Source: Eledone cirrhosa (taxonomy: Eukaryota). From it: a stretch of DNA of 64,000 nt. The notes under the pieces were generated by a model, which was not told the origin of the DNA, searched no databases, and saw only the letters and a program-made list of their open reading frames with translations. The stretch covers positions 37,200,001 to 37,264,000 of the forward strand of contig OZ024742.1 of NCBI GenBank assembly GCA_964016885.1, given 5' to 3'. Shown here piece by piece: positions 30,165-43,104 of this stretch. The translations under genes were made by a program, and so were the position numbers. The first letter of the stretch is position 1. Each line of letters opens with the position of its first letter.

Positions 30165-30625
30165 ATTATATATATATATTATATATTAAATATATATATA
30201 TATATATATTATATTTATATATTATATATATATATTATATATACATATATATATATATTATATATATATTATATATATTATATATATATATTATTATATA
30301 TATATATATATATTATATATATATATATTATATATATATATATATTATATATATATATATTATATATTATATATATATATATTATATATATATATATATT
30401 ATATATATATATATTATATATTATATATATATATATTATATATATTATATATTTATATATTATATATATATATATTATATATATATATATTATATATATA
30501 TATTATATATATTATATTATATATATGTATATATTATATATATATATATTATATATTATATATATTATATATATTATATATATTATATATATTATATATA
30601 TATTATATTATATATATTATATATA

Positions 30626-30681
<56 letters not shown>

Positions 30682-30703
30682 CCTCATATATATATATATA
30701 TAA
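30165..30703. repeat. (TA)n array with TT variants
   Basis: Read directly. Confidence 0.95.
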
Positions 30704-31153
30704 TATCACCTCATCCCAAGATGACTTGGGATGAGGTGATAAAAGCCGACCTTACCGAACTACACCTCTCAAAGTCAATGACACACGACCGTGACTTCTG
30801 GCGTCACGCAGTAATACAGGGTACCCGACCTCCCATGGGTACATGCTGAAGCATATAAACAATATGCCCCCCCCCCCCCCCCCACCGCAAGGTGGTCGTG
30901 GAGGTGCCACGGCAAAAAAAGCACCCAGCCCACACTGTAAGTGGACGTGTAGGCGCCACGAAAAAGCACCCAGCACTCACTGTAAATGAGGTTGGTGTTA
31001 GGAAGGGCATCCAGCTGTAGAAATCAAGCCAGATCAGTTCCTGTATGAGCAAGGCATGGTCAGCCGACCAGACACTGCCCACAACAGGACAACCCGTCTA
31101 ACCCATGCTAGCGTGGAAGAACGGACGTAAAACGGTGATGATGATGATGATGA
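30704..31153 (+). mobile_element. RTE-A 3' fragment with a fold-back 5' junction
   Basis: Matches 29726-30164; begins with the palindrome TATCACCTCATCCCAAG atga CTTGGGATGAGGTGATA. Confidence 0.9.
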
Positions 31154-31159
31154 TTAGTC

Positions 31160-32060
31160 TACACAATATCCCACTACATCTTTTGTGTACCCAAGATTTA
31201 CATTGTGTACATTGTATGGAGTTTATGCCTACTCCTTTTCTACATATTAAGTATGGCCACTTCCCCTGTGGGAATCTGGGTCTTATCTTCTGTACTCACT
31301 AACATTTTAGTTTTGGGTTAATTTTACTCTCAGCCCTTTTGATTCCAAATTCAAATTCGATAATTGGAATTTATTTTCTAGTTCTTTTTTGGTTTCAGCT
31401 ATAAGGACCAAATCATCTGCATAGAGAAGTTTCCATGGGCAGCTGGTCTTAAACTTCTCTGCATAGCCTGGATGAACTCCTACCTGTACTTTGAATTTTT
31501 CACCAAACTCATTTCCTACTCCCACTTTACTGACAGCTCTTCTGTACATAGCTTGCACTGCTCTCACAAGCCATTCTTCTACTACACCTAATTTACTTAA
31601 GGACCACCAGATAGTAGATTGAGGTACTCTGTCAAACTGCATCTCATCTATTTTGACTCTTTCCCTAAATTAGCTGCGCTATGACTCTTTCTGCCCACTT
31701 TCATAACTAGTTTTATTCATCTATAGTTTGCTCCTTTCTAGAGTATCACTTTGCCCTTGTAATAATTTATGATTGTACTGCTGTGCCTGTCATTGGGTAT
31801 GACTCCATCATGTATTACTTGATTTGTAATGTAATACAGGTTACTAGTTTGACTCTTACCTCTCCCAATGCTTTTAGCATCTCGGCAACTATTTCTGATG
31901 GTTCTGCAGCTTTACCATTCTTCATCTCCTTGACTACATCTTTGACCCTAAAACTGTCAACTTCAATAACTGGTCCTTTCTTTGGATAAATTGGGGGTAG
32001 TTTCTCTTCTTCTCATTCATTCTCTACATTTATCAATCTCTCATAGTAAATTTCCAGGCC
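31160..32060 (-). mobile_element. Old, decayed RTE RT fragment
   Basis: FDRVPQSTIWWSLSKLGV...CPWKLLYADDLVLIAE, with deletions and stops. Confidence 0.85.
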
Positions 32061-32073
32061 TCATTCTTATATT

Positions 32074-32410
32074 TCATCATCGTTTAACGTCCATCTTCCA
32101 GCATGGGTTAGACGGGATTGTCCCACTTGAGGCAAGGCTTGGTCGGGTGATCATGTCTTGCTCATATAGAACTGTATCTGGCAGGTTTTCTATGGCTGGA
32201 TGCCCCTTCCTAACACATTTACAGTGTGGACTGAGAGCCTTTTTAACCGTGTCTCCTACACAACCACTTTACAGCGTAGACTGCGTGCTTTTTTGTTGTG
32301 ACACCTATATGACCACTTTACAGTGTGGACTGGATGTTCTGTGGTACCAACATAACTTTACAGAGAAAGGGTGGTGTAGGTGGAAGTTGTAGTAGGAGTA
32401 GTGGCGTGGG
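32074..32410 (-). mobile_element. Older RTE-B-like 3' tail
   Basis: Similar to 62363-62710. Confidence 0.75.
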
Positions 32411-32554
32411 ATATAATATATATATATGAAAAAGTCAGGACCCCGACTTTTTCACTTTACCCACTCTACTACCCCAAGTATCGAGTACTCTGGTGAGACT
32501 TCTGTTGTTACGCAGTATACAGAAGTTTTGATTTCCCACGGGTAGAAACCAAAG

Positions 32555-32850
32555 CTGAAGCATATGGACAGTATGCCCCCCCCCCCCCACTGTAAAGTGG
32601 TTGTGTAGGTGTCACGACAAAAAGCACTCAATCCACATTATAAAGTGGTTGTGTAGGCGCCATGGTAAAAAAGCACCCAGTACTCACTGTAAATGAGGTT
32701 GGTGTTACGAGGGCATCCAGCTGTAGAAATCAACCCAAAATCAGTGTATGAGCAAGACACGGTCACCTGACCTGGCATTGCCCACAACAGGACAACCTGT
32801 CTAACCCAAGCTAGCGTGGAAGAATGGATGTAAAACGGTGATGAGATGAT
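32555..32850 (+). mobile_element. Older RTE-A-like 3' tail
   Basis: GCTGAAGCATAT...TATGCCCCC...GGGCATCCAGCTGTAGAAATCAA...GCTAGCGTGGAAGAA.GGA.GTAAAACGGTGATG. Confidence 0.8.
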
Positions 32851-32890
32851 ATATAGAGATGATATAAAGTATATATCTTTCGTTTATTAC

Positions 32891-32968
<78 letters not shown>

Positions 32969-33124
32969 CACAACTTATAACATATAATCAAGAATACACC
33001 TATATGTACAATGTGAGAGCCCAATTCACCTTAAGATTTCCTAGAATATATAAAAATAACCAGAAGGGAGCTGACCTAAATAGATTTACCTGAGGTAAGG
33101 TATTCTAGGTAAGTTGTGTGTGTA

Positions 33125-34056
33125 GGGATGTTGGTGATGGTGGTTTTTAGTGTGTTGATGGTATTGGGCTAAGTTGGTAGTGGTGATGGTGGATTGATCT
33201 GATGTTGGTGGTGCTGTGTTGATTTGTTGTTGTTGGTGGTGGTTGATCTGATGTTATTGGTGGTGGGTTGATCTGTTGGTGGTAGCAGTGGGTTGATCTG
33301 ATGTTGGTGTTGGTGGAGGGTTGATTTGTTGGTGGTGGTGGGGTGATCCGTTGTTGTTGTGTTGTTGGTGAGTTGATCTGTTGTTTTTGGTGGTGGGTTG
33401 ATTTGATGGTAGTGATGATGGGTTGATTTGTTGTTGGTGGTGATGATTTGATGTGTTGGTGGTGAGAAGCCATACAAATAATCAGTTCAGTTCACACACA
33501 CACACACATGCGCGCATGGTAGAGATAGACACTACACTACACAGGCATATATATATATATTTATATATATATATATAACACAGACCCACATGCTACATAT
33601 ACCTACAGAGGATGTGATGAGGAAGAGCAATTAGGAAATTGTTAGTGGGCTGGGCATAACACTCAGACATTGGCGGTGGCAGTGACAGTAGGGTTTATGG
33701 TTGTTATAGTTGTTGATGGGGGTTGTTGTGATGGTGGTGATAATATGATGTTGCTGTTGACAGTGGTGGCGATGGTGATATTATTTTGACTATAGTGATG
33801 GCAATGGCGTTGATTGTGATTGTTAATGGGTGTTGTGGTTGTTGTGGTATTGGTGATGATGTTTGTGCTGGTAGTAGTGATGTTGCTGTTGGTAATGGGG
33901 ATGGTGGTAGTGGCTGTATTTGTTGTGGTGGTTATGGTGGTAATGGTGTTAATGGTGTTACTGATAGTAATGGTGGTAGTAGTTGTTATGGTGGTGGTAG
34001 TAGTTGTGTTATTTGTGGTGTTAATTGAGGTAGTGGTTATGCTATTGGTGGTGGTG
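33125..34056. repeat. GT-rich low-complexity region, including a degenerate GGTTGAT(C/T)TG-containing minisatellite (33190-33460)
   Basis: Recurrent GGTTGATCTG/GGTTGATTTG units separated by (GGT/GTT)n. Confidence 0.8.
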
Positions 34057-34244
34057 TTTACAGTAAGCTGCTGGGTATATGCCAAATGGCAGCACCAAAA
34101 AACTACCCGCCACGACTACCATCACCACCATTCTTGAGCAGACATGTTCTGACTCCCTAAATCCCCAAGCAGACATGTTTCTGTGTGTGCCAACTAGGGT
34201 GTATAATGTATGATTTTGTATGTGTGCCAACTAGGGTTTCACTG

Positions 34245-34278
<34 letters not shown>

Positions 34279-34285
34279 GCACGCA

Positions 34286-34343
<58 letters not shown>

Positions 34344-35358
34344 CCTTCTCCCCCCCCCTCTCTCTCCATGCACCAACTAGGGCTTTATTGCCAGATTCTA
34401 CCTCTTCTCTTTCTCTGTCTATGTGATAAGATGTGTGTGTTGTGTGTGTGCATGACTGTATGTCTCTGTCTAATCCAGAACTGAGTTACATGTCACCCTC
34501 AATCACCTTACCCCTCTTTCTTTATACACATGGTTGTTGGTGGTGGTGATTTTTCAACCACTTCCTGTTTTTAATGAAACCTTAACATACCCACTGTGAT
34601 GTCACAACCAACACCAGACAGCTTCACAGTGTCTGTCTGTCTCTGAATATGTCAGTCCCTATGTGTGTGTGTGTGTGCTTGCCTGTCAATCTGTCTTCAA
34701 CATATCCTATGTGATGTCATAACCTTCAGTACCCATCAGCAACACTTCTTCACTCCCACATTCCTTCAGAGAAGGGAGCATGGTGGTGGTGTTGGGGAGG
34801 ATAGGTGATTTTTTTTAAATTTTCTCCTAGTCCCCTCCATCCATCTCGTATCAGTTTAGACTTACCTTCATTTGTGTGTGTGGAGGTGCGTGTAATCACA
34901 TTGCCTCTGTGTGTTTGAAACTTTGCAGTTGTGTGGTAATTACTATTGCTCCTGTGAGTCTGTGTGTGTGTGTGGAGGAGGTAATAGTTGTTCCTCTTTC
35001 TTCAGCTTCTACCCCACCTGAAACCTTACAATCAAAGAGAGGGAGGAAGAAGGAAGGGAATGTATTCGGTGGTGGTGGCAGTGTTGGGGTGCTGGTGGTG
35101 GTTGTAGTGGTAGGGGTCTATCTATAAACCACTGTTGCCTCTAATAGTTTATTGGATTGTGAGAGGGAGAGAGAGGAGTGCAGCGGGGCAGGAGGGGAGA
35201 AGAGTAGGTTTATTCACTGGTACCATTTCAACAAACTCTACTGCAACTGTAGCAGACATCTGTCTGTCTTAAATAGGAAAATAGTACAGCTCCCTCCAGT
35301 TTTATATTTTTTTCTTCTTTCTTAGCAGCCTTCAGAAATAGAACAAGAACAATCTTTG

Positions 35359-35990
35359 TAATAATTGTTTCTACTTTTTGGCACAAGGCCAGCAATTACC
35401 CAGTACATTACTGGTACTTTATTTTATCGACCCCCATAAGGATGAAAGGCAAAGTTAACCTCGGCGGGATTTGAACTCAGACCGTAAAGGGACGTAACTA
35501 TGCTGGAAAGCATGGCGTCCGACTCTCTACCGATACTGCCAAACAATCTTTGTAATAATAATAATGGTTTCTACTTTAGGCACAAAACCAGTAATTTTGG
35601 AGGGGGAGAAATATAATGATATTGACCCCAGAACTTGACTGGTACTTTATTTTATCGACTGTGTAAAGATGGAAAGCAAATTTTAACTCAAGAAAATTGT
35701 AATTTAAAGAACTAAACAAATACCACAATAGTAATAATAATAATGATTTCTATTATAGGCACAAGGCCAGCAATTTTGGGAGAGAGGAAAGTTGATTAAA
35801 TTGACCCCAGTGCATTACTGGTGCTTTATTTTATTGACCCCATTAAAATGAAAGGCAAAACTAACCTTGGTGGAATTTGAACTCAGAAGATAATGGGCTG
35901 TAACTATACTTCTGCCTGACGCTCTACCGATACTGTGAAATGGTTTCTGATTTAGGCACAAGGTCAACAATTTTGCAGCTGAGCATAATA
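35359..35990 (-). mobile_element. Cluster of Meta-type SINE copies in (TAA)n
   Basis: Repeated TTTCTACTTT.GGCACAAGGCCAGCAATT...CTGGTACTTTATTTTAT.GAC; the first copy has an 18-bp TSD AACAATCTTTGTAATAAT (35348-35365, 35542-35559). Confidence 0.85.
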
Positions 35991-37334
35991 ATAAAGGTTC
36001 TATCTGAAGAATGTTAAAACACCAAGGCAAGGGCTGACAAACCATTTTAAAGCAAGTCTCCAGAGTGGAAGTATCCCAAATCGGATGTCTAAGGTCCAAA
36101 AAAACCATGATTGTAAAGGTCAAACAAAAAGGGGGCAAAGGTCTCAAACTACCTCTGCCATAGAAATTAATACAAGTATGTTTGTGGAAAGTATCTGTGC
36201 TCACCTAAAAGAACAAAACATTCCCCAAATGAATAGAAAGAATGACAGAAATTCAATTGCAACAGAAGACCAGCTGTTAATTACCAAGATGACAATAGAA
36301 ACCTGCAGAAGAAAAATTAAGTTAGGACTGGGAAAGATTGATTACTAGAAAGCATATGATAAAATGAGCCCGACTCTTGGATTTTGAAGACACTCAAAAT
36401 ATTCGGAATTGAAGATAACATTACTGAGTTGATAAATGTAAGCATGACAGGGTAGAGAAGAGAACTAAAAGTAAGCAACACTCACTTGCTAGAGTAAAAA
36501 TAGATCAGCGGATTTTCTAAGGGGTTAACTTATCATCCCTAATATTTGTCATTGTCCTCACCTTACTTTTACTAGAGTTGAGGAAAATAAAAACTGGATA
36601 TAATTTGCTGTTCATTGATGACCTGAAGTTATATGGCAAAAATGAGAGAGAATTAGAATTGTTTGTCAGCTAAGTTAGAGTATTTAATAATGACTTAAAT
36701 ATGGATTTTGGTATTTTTAAATGTGGGATCCTTGTGATGGAAAAAGGCAAATACAATTAAAGTGTTGGGATGAATTTACCAAATTAAGATATCTGAGAGA
36801 TTGACACACATTATGGATATAAATGAATACCTGAGGGGTTTGGAAAAACTGATGGTATAAAAGATGGACTAATGAAAATCAAAATCCAGAAAGAATATTG
36901 CAAAGGGTGAGAAAATATTAAAATCTAAACTAATCTAAGTATCCATCATCAGATATAGTGCAGGAATAATAAAATGGACAAAGGAAGAACTTAAACAGTT
37001 AGTAAAGAAAGTAATTACTATATTCAGAGCCTTACACCTACAGGCAGATATCAACTGGCTATATTTCAACAGAAAAGAGGGAGGACGAGGGCTGATAAGA
37101 GTAGAAGACTTTGTGGATAGATGTAGAGAGCTTGATGAAGTATGTTGCTGATAGTGGAGACGTGTTTTCAATAGCAATATGAGAAGAGATACTAAGTGAA
37201 GGAAGGGATAAAAGTGAAGTCCTCAAAACTGGTAAGAAACAATGTTAGAAAAACGTACATGGAAAGTTTTTCCAAAAAAACTAAAGTGCATTCTGATGAA
37301 AAGTCATTCCAGTGGCTAACAAAAGGAGGTCAGT

Positions 37335-37622
37335 AATCAATGAAATATATCAGAAAGAATATAGATAAGCAAGACATGTGGTTAGGATGTCTCGGGAAAG
37401 AATTGCTGGACAGATTTTACAGGCAAAAACCAATCGGCAAGAGACCCAGGGGTAGAGCCCGGGCAAGATGGTTGGATAACATCCATGAGCTTGACTGGTC
37501 TCGCTTGGGGATCCAGCTGGATCAGTTGGAGACAATTGCTTCTGACAGGACCTGCTGGAAGGAGCGTTTGAGGACTCTGATCCCATAACCCTCTCAGGAA
37601 TAAGTGGGTGAAGAAAAAGACA
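37335..37622 (+). mobile_element. 3' end of a different RTE-clade LINE nested in the R4-like element
   Basis: GKRPRGRARARWLDNI...IASDRTCWKERL is a typical RTE C-terminus. Confidence 0.7.
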
Positions 37623-37841
37623 TCTCAGTTGCATGTAGAATGTGTGGTGGAGCATGTGGTTGTCTGAATGTAAGATGCTTACTCAAAACCATAAAAATTG
37701 GAAACTTGGAAAGTTACAATTTTACATTGGCAAATATGTAAAATGTTTGAATATGAACATGCAAAGAAATGGTATTTCCACAAAATAGAATGTCCTTGAA
37801 AACAACCATATAAAAGTATTATGGGACATGGATTCAGATGG

Positions 37842-38165
37842 ATAAGCAGATAGAGCATACATGCTCAAATAAGCAGATAGAGCATACATGCTCAAATAAG
37901 CAGATAGAGCATACATGCTCAAATAAGCAGATAGAGCATACATGCTCAAATAAGCAGATAGAGCATACATGCTCAAATAAGCAGATAGAGCATACATGCT
38001 CAAATAAGCAGATAGAGCATACATGCTCAAATAAGCAGATAGAGCATACATGCTCAAATAAGCAGATAGAGCATACATGCTCAAATAAGCAGATAGAGCA
38101 TACATGCTCAAATAAGCAGATAGAGCATACATGCTCAAATAAGCAAATAGAGCATTCATGCTCAA
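37842..38165. repeat. 27-bp minisatellite (ATAAGCAGATAGAGCATACATGCTCAA)x~12
   Basis: Read directly; near-identical units. Confidence 0.97.
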
Positions 38166-38529
38166 TGAAGAGGGAAGAGTGTGTTTGTTAATCATGTTGC
38201 TTACTCATTTAATACTAGAGTGGTAGATAAAGAACACAAGAAAATAGAAAAGTAGCAAGAAATATGAAATGTAAAGAATCTAGAATTGCTGCATCCCAAT
38301 TGTAATAGAAGTCTTAGAGACAGTGGCTAGAAATTTGAATCATTGGTTGAAGATGTTGGATATAGAGGGTTAAATTTCCTGACTCTACAAAAGGCTTGTT
38401 TGCTTGGTACAGCAAAAACCATACAAAAGCTGCCAGATATCAAAAACTACAGGAGACAGCTTCGTATCTAGTAATCTAAATACTAGCAGAGGAACAATGA
38501 AGTGCTGAGTAGGGAGAAGAAAATGATAA

Positions 38530-39365
38530 TTCTTTCTAACATTGGCACAAAGCGAACAATTTCAGGAAAGTTGATTATATATTGACCCCAGTACTTAACT
38601 GGTACTTTATTTTATTGAACTCTGGATTTGAACTCAAAATGTTGAAAGTCATAACTAAATATTACATAGTATTTTGTCCAACACTCTACTAATACTGCCA
38701 ATGTACATAATAATAATTGTTTCTACTTTTGGCACAAGGCCAGCAATGATCCAGTGTATTACTGGTACTTTATTTTATTGACCCTGTAAGGATGAAAGGC
38801 AAAGTTAACCTCAGCGGGATTTGAACTCAGAATGGAAAGGGCCGTAACTCTTTGCGTCAAAGCATGGCGTCCGACCCTCTACCAATACTGCCAATCCACC
38901 GCCTACATAATAATAATAATTGTTTCTACTTTAGGCACAAGGTCAGCAAATACCCAGTACATTACTGGTACTTTATTTTATCGACCCCGTAAGGATGAAA
39001 GGTAAAGTTAACCTTGACGGGATTTGAACTCAGACCATAAAGGGATGTAACTATGCTAGAAAGCATGACGTCCCTTTATGGTCTACATAATAATAATAAT
39101 GATTGCTTATTTTAGCACAAGGCCAGCAGTCTTGAGAGGAAGGAAAAGTTAATTATATTAACACCAGTAATGGACTGGACAGGTAGTTATTGGTGCCAGG
39201 AGTTGAACTCTGCATGATTTGAACTCAGAACAGAAAGAGCCAGAATAAATATTGCAACAATAATAATACCAACATCAACAATAATCATTGTTATCCTTTT
39301 ACATCACTTTCTGATTTAGACATAAGGCCAGCAATTATTGAGAGGGGTGAATTATATCGATTCCA
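38530..39365 (-). mobile_element. Head-to-tail cluster of Meta-type SINE copies separated by TACATAATAATAAT
   Basis: Copies at about 38530-38700, 38709-38903, 38910-39080, 39100-39250 and a stub near 39310. Confidence 0.85.
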
Positions 39366-39632
39366 TTATTTGAAGATAATGACAGTGATGGCAGTGATAA
39401 TGATTATATTAATGATGCAGTGTTGATGATGATAATGATGATATTGATGGTGATGATGATCATCATCATGACAGTGATAATGATGAAGATAATGATCATG
39501 ACAATGATAGTGTGGGTGATGATGTTGATTACAAGTGATGGTAGTGATGGTTATGATGATGATCAGGCCAGTGATGACAGCAATGATGATGGTAGTTATG
39601 TTGATGATAATCATAGTAATGGCGATAATTGA
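39366..39632. repeat. (GAT)n-rich low-complexity tract
   Basis: Read directly. Confidence 0.85.
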
Positions 39633-39742
39633 ATGAACTATACTATTGACTCTTTAGAAAATGAGACAAAAAAACAAAACAAAACAGGATAGATACCATA
39701 TGTTTACCAGTATTTGATAATTGTAAATTGTTTTACTTGCAG

Positions 39743-39888
39743 GTTATACAGTTCCCCCAAACCCCCAACAGAAAGACAAACTCAGGTCAGTCCATACATG
39801 TGGGTGAGGGAAGAATTTGACCACCCGAAGGCAGAAGTGAAGCTAGCCAGGAAATCTTTAGTGCTCAAATTAGAAGAAGTAGCTAGAT
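39743..39888 (+). CDS. Probable exon of an unidentified host gene (LYSSPKPPTERQTQVSPYMWVREEFDHPKAEVKLARKSLVLKLEEVAR)
   Basis: Acceptor ttttacttgcag, donor gtaagt, open frame, ends in phase 1; GC-richer than its flanks. Confidence 0.55.
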
Positions 39889-40851
39889 GTAAGTAGCACT
39901 TAAACACTTAATTTATGATTCTCTCATAAAACATACAATTTGACTTATTTCATCAACTCCCAATTATTTTAATACTTGTCATTTATATTACCAGTTGTTT
40001 ACTATATTTCCAATTTTCAGCTCTTTTATCAATTGTTTATTTTACGACAATACCTTATGGTGTAACTGACTGGAAAATGTTTTAAAATGAAGTGAGAGAG
40101 AAAGAAAACGGGAGTTTATATATATTAGTCTGTTCTGTGAAAGATTAAATATAAATAAGAACACAAATTAAATCTTAAAGACATCTATGACTTAGTTTTA
40201 TTCTAGTATGACATGTGAGCATGAAATAATACCGTAATGTTTGGTATGTGGGGGCCTATGTGCAGGCTGTTTCAAGGTCCCAGCGAACAGAATAGAGAAA
40301 ACATTGTTCCAGAAATTGGCAAGGAAGATGCATTGGAATAGCTATTCCAACTTGCGCAGCTCGCTCCTGCACATAGCCAACTCTGCCCTGATAGTAGTGT
40401 GTAGGGATGTTGTCTGGGGGCCATGAACGCTGGTAATCTCCTCTGCCACAGGCTTAACCACAAGCCTATTGGAGAGCAACCAATATTTCTTGTCAGCTAA
40501 TTTACAAATTGTTAACTGTTTTAACAATTGTCAGCTATTTTAACAATTATCTACTATATTACTAACTGTTTATTATATTAACAATAGAAAATGAAAAAAA
40601 AAAAATTAACAGTTAACATCTATGCAGGTTTAGCTGGCTTCCTACAAGGTTGTATTTCATAGGAGGTTTCAAGGGTATTTTAATAAGGTCCCCAGTCTTA
40701 TATTGTTACAGCTCACACCTATGTCGATTTAGCTGAGCTCCTACAAAGTTGCATCTCATTTGGCGCTTTAATGATAGGTGTAGGGCTCCTATTATTAAAA
40801 GCAATGTAAAATAAAGTATCTTGCACAAGAACACAACATGCTGCCCCCTGT

Positions 40852-41088
40852 TTAACTGTTTTGATACCAACCCAGCCAAAGCTGGCTCTGGTTCTATGAA
40901 ACAAAACCATCCATTTTAAATGATTCCTATTTAAATCAAAATCTTCTAACTTAATTTTATATCAGAACCATAAGTTACGTTACCATCTTAGTAATGAAAT
41001 AATTAATAATTTGAGTAAATTACTCAAATTCTTCATTAATTCATTTAAATAGTGTATTTCATTAGAAATATGATCTTGAAAAGGTTAA
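40852..41088. mobile_element. Degenerate TTAA-flanked MITE, possibly piggyBac-type
   Basis: TTAACTGTTTTGAT... / ...TCTTGAAAAGGTTAA; weak TIR similarity only. Confidence 0.35.
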
Positions 41089-41168
41089 CTAATTGTCTTC
41101 TGTTCAAATTCCTGTCACTTCTCTCTTCACACTATTTTTAATGTTCTCTTTTTGTGTGTATATTTCAG

Positions 41169-41321
41169 TATCTAAAACATCCCCGACTCTATCAGGGTCT
41201 TACACAATTGGCAACCACATGCCTTCAACAAAATCTCGACTAAGTACCTCGTCTGAATTTAGCAGTACCTCTACACCTCCACATGTTCCAACTATCAAAC
41301 AGCCATTGTTATCAACATTAG
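41169..41321 (+). CDS. Probable Ser/Thr/Pro-rich exon of the same unidentified gene
   Basis: Pyrimidine-rich acceptor tttcag, donor G/gtttgt, 153 nt open, phase 1-1, joins in frame to 39743-39888. Confidence 0.55.
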
Positions 41322-41404
41322 GTTTGTACTTTTTCCAGTATATGTAATTATTAATATTGTTATTGTGGTTATTTTATTTGTAGGGTCATGATTGGCCTTG
41401 TAAT

Positions 41405-41562
41405 TTTTCTAGTTCTTTACATTCAAATCTCACCAAAGTCAACTTTATCTTTCATCCTTCTGTAGTTGATAAAATAAAGTACTGGTTATGTATTAAAGTC
41501 AATTTAATTGACCCCACTGCCTCTCAAATTTCTTTCTTGTCCCTAACTTAGAAACCATTATT
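41405..41562 (+). mobile_element. Decayed Meta-type SINE
   Basis: TTCAAATC...AACTTT..CTTTCATCCTTC.GT.GTTGATAAAATAAAGTAC...TTAGAAACCATTATT. Confidence 0.65.
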
Positions 41563-42244
41563 AATGACGTTTGTGTGTGAACATTTTAACACCCCCTCCC
41601 CATCAACTATGTGGTTTATTACTCAAACCTAATTTCATAATTAAAATAATTTTTTTTTTAGTTTTGTTTTATTGTTTCCTATTTTTTCCAGCAATTGTCT
41701 CAAAAAGCTCATCTTATATTCTATAGTTCAACAACAAATACGTTAGGGCTATTTTCCTTTCTAAAGCTGGAGTTAGTCTCAGCTATGCTGGCCTCATGAC
41801 TGGCTTCATACTTATCATGGGGTTCTTTTCAAGGCAATATTTTATGACCATATGCCCTTCCTAGTGCCAACCTTATTCTGGCATGTGGCCAATGGCTGAT
41901 ATAATCACTTGTCTCCTCTTTCCTTGATTGGCTACGTACTTATTTTTTCAAGTCTGATTCTTATTTTATTGGTCTCTTTTTATCAAACTGCTAAGTTATG
42001 GGAAATAAATATACATTCACACACACACACACTTCATCATTATTCAATGTCTGTTTTTCCCTTCTAATAAGAGTTGCAGAGGTAATCAGACACCAAGTCA
42101 ATACTTAACTGGAGTCACTGACCTCTGAGATAGGCCAGCAAACGAATCTTGCTTACATATGTTCCCGCACTATGTATAGTGTACTGGGTGCATTTTGTCA
42201 TGGCACCAACACTCTCTCTCTCTCTCTCTACACACACATACAAT

Positions 42245-42590
42245 GGTAGCATTGGTACTATAAAATGCATCCAAACGGTAAAGTTGTTGGCATTAGGAAA
42301 GGCATCCAGCCATAGATACCATGCCAAAATGGAACACACGGGCAAGGTATGGTCATCTGACATCTCTGATCTCTGAACATAATCCATCCAACCCATGTCA
42401 GCATGGAAAACATGTAAAACAGGGATGATGGGCTTCTGCAGTTTCCATCTACCAACATTCACACACCACACACAAGGTATTGGCCAACCCAAAGCTATAG
42501 TAGAAGAAACTCGTTCAAAGTTCCATGCAGTGGACTTGAACCTGGAATCATATCATTGTGAAGAGAACTCCTTAACTACTCAGCCATGCC
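42245..42590. mobile_element. Decayed RTE/SINE tail (+) abutting a decayed tRNA-SINE (-)
   Basis: GTTGGCATTAGGAAAGGCATCCAGCC...AACCCATGTCAGCATGGAAAA...GATGATG, then AGTTTCCATCTACCAA...GCTATAGTAGAAGA...GCAGTGGACTTGAACC. Confidence 0.6.
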
Positions 42591-43104
42591 TACTAATGTT
42601 TGATACAACAACATTTTAAAGCTATTTTACCCACAAAAGCAGGAGTTAAGCATGCAGACCCCATGGCATAGGGTCCTTATTGAATCACTGTTTTACAACC
42701 AGGTGCTCATCCTGGCATCAACTCTTTTAGTTGCCTCTTATGTCATGCAGAGATATGGGATACCTATTCTAAATTGGATACACACAGGTCCTACTAATAT
42801 GTTATTACAATATTGGTTACTTGGTTTATATTACCACAATAATAAAACAAACTTTGATATTTTGTTTCTGGTGCTGGGTTGAGATAAAATATTTCATTTT
42901 ATAGAGCTGGGTGTCTATTGGCCATGTTGGAAGAAGGGTGCCATTTCTGTCACATTGAACCAAGGAGGGAGGGAAGGAGTGGTGGGGTGTTTTTACCATG
43001 TTGGAACCAATGGGTAGGGAGAGAGGAAGGAACTTTTTCTAAAACTGCCTTTTATGTTGCATTTTATTTCCAAGATCTCTATATACATAAATATGTGTAA
43101 GTAT

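Larger units (their letters stand above)
36000..38530 (+). mobile_element. Decayed R4/Dong-like (RLE-endonuclease) non-LTR retrotransposon
   Basis: Remnant motifs DQLLITK..IDY*KAYD, LLFIDDLKLYGKNE, MDFGIFKC, IRYSAGIIKWTKEEL, LYFNRKEGGRGL, KVLWD, IPIVI and LQKACLLGTAK. Boundaries approximate. Confidence 0.8.

Noticed and set aside
33147-34137. Mucin-like Thr/Pro-rich ORFs
   Set aside because: Low-complexity GT-rich DNA that is open in several frames, with no convincing splice structure.
34866-35017. Minus-strand coding exon with good splice-like signals
   Set aside because: The best frame hits a stop before the donor and no partner exons were found; it could still be a non-coding exon.
37722-38195. 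Repeat proteins (LSAYLSMYA)n / (NKQIEHTCS)n
   Set aside because: In-frame by-product of a 27-bp minisatellite inside a dead retroelement.
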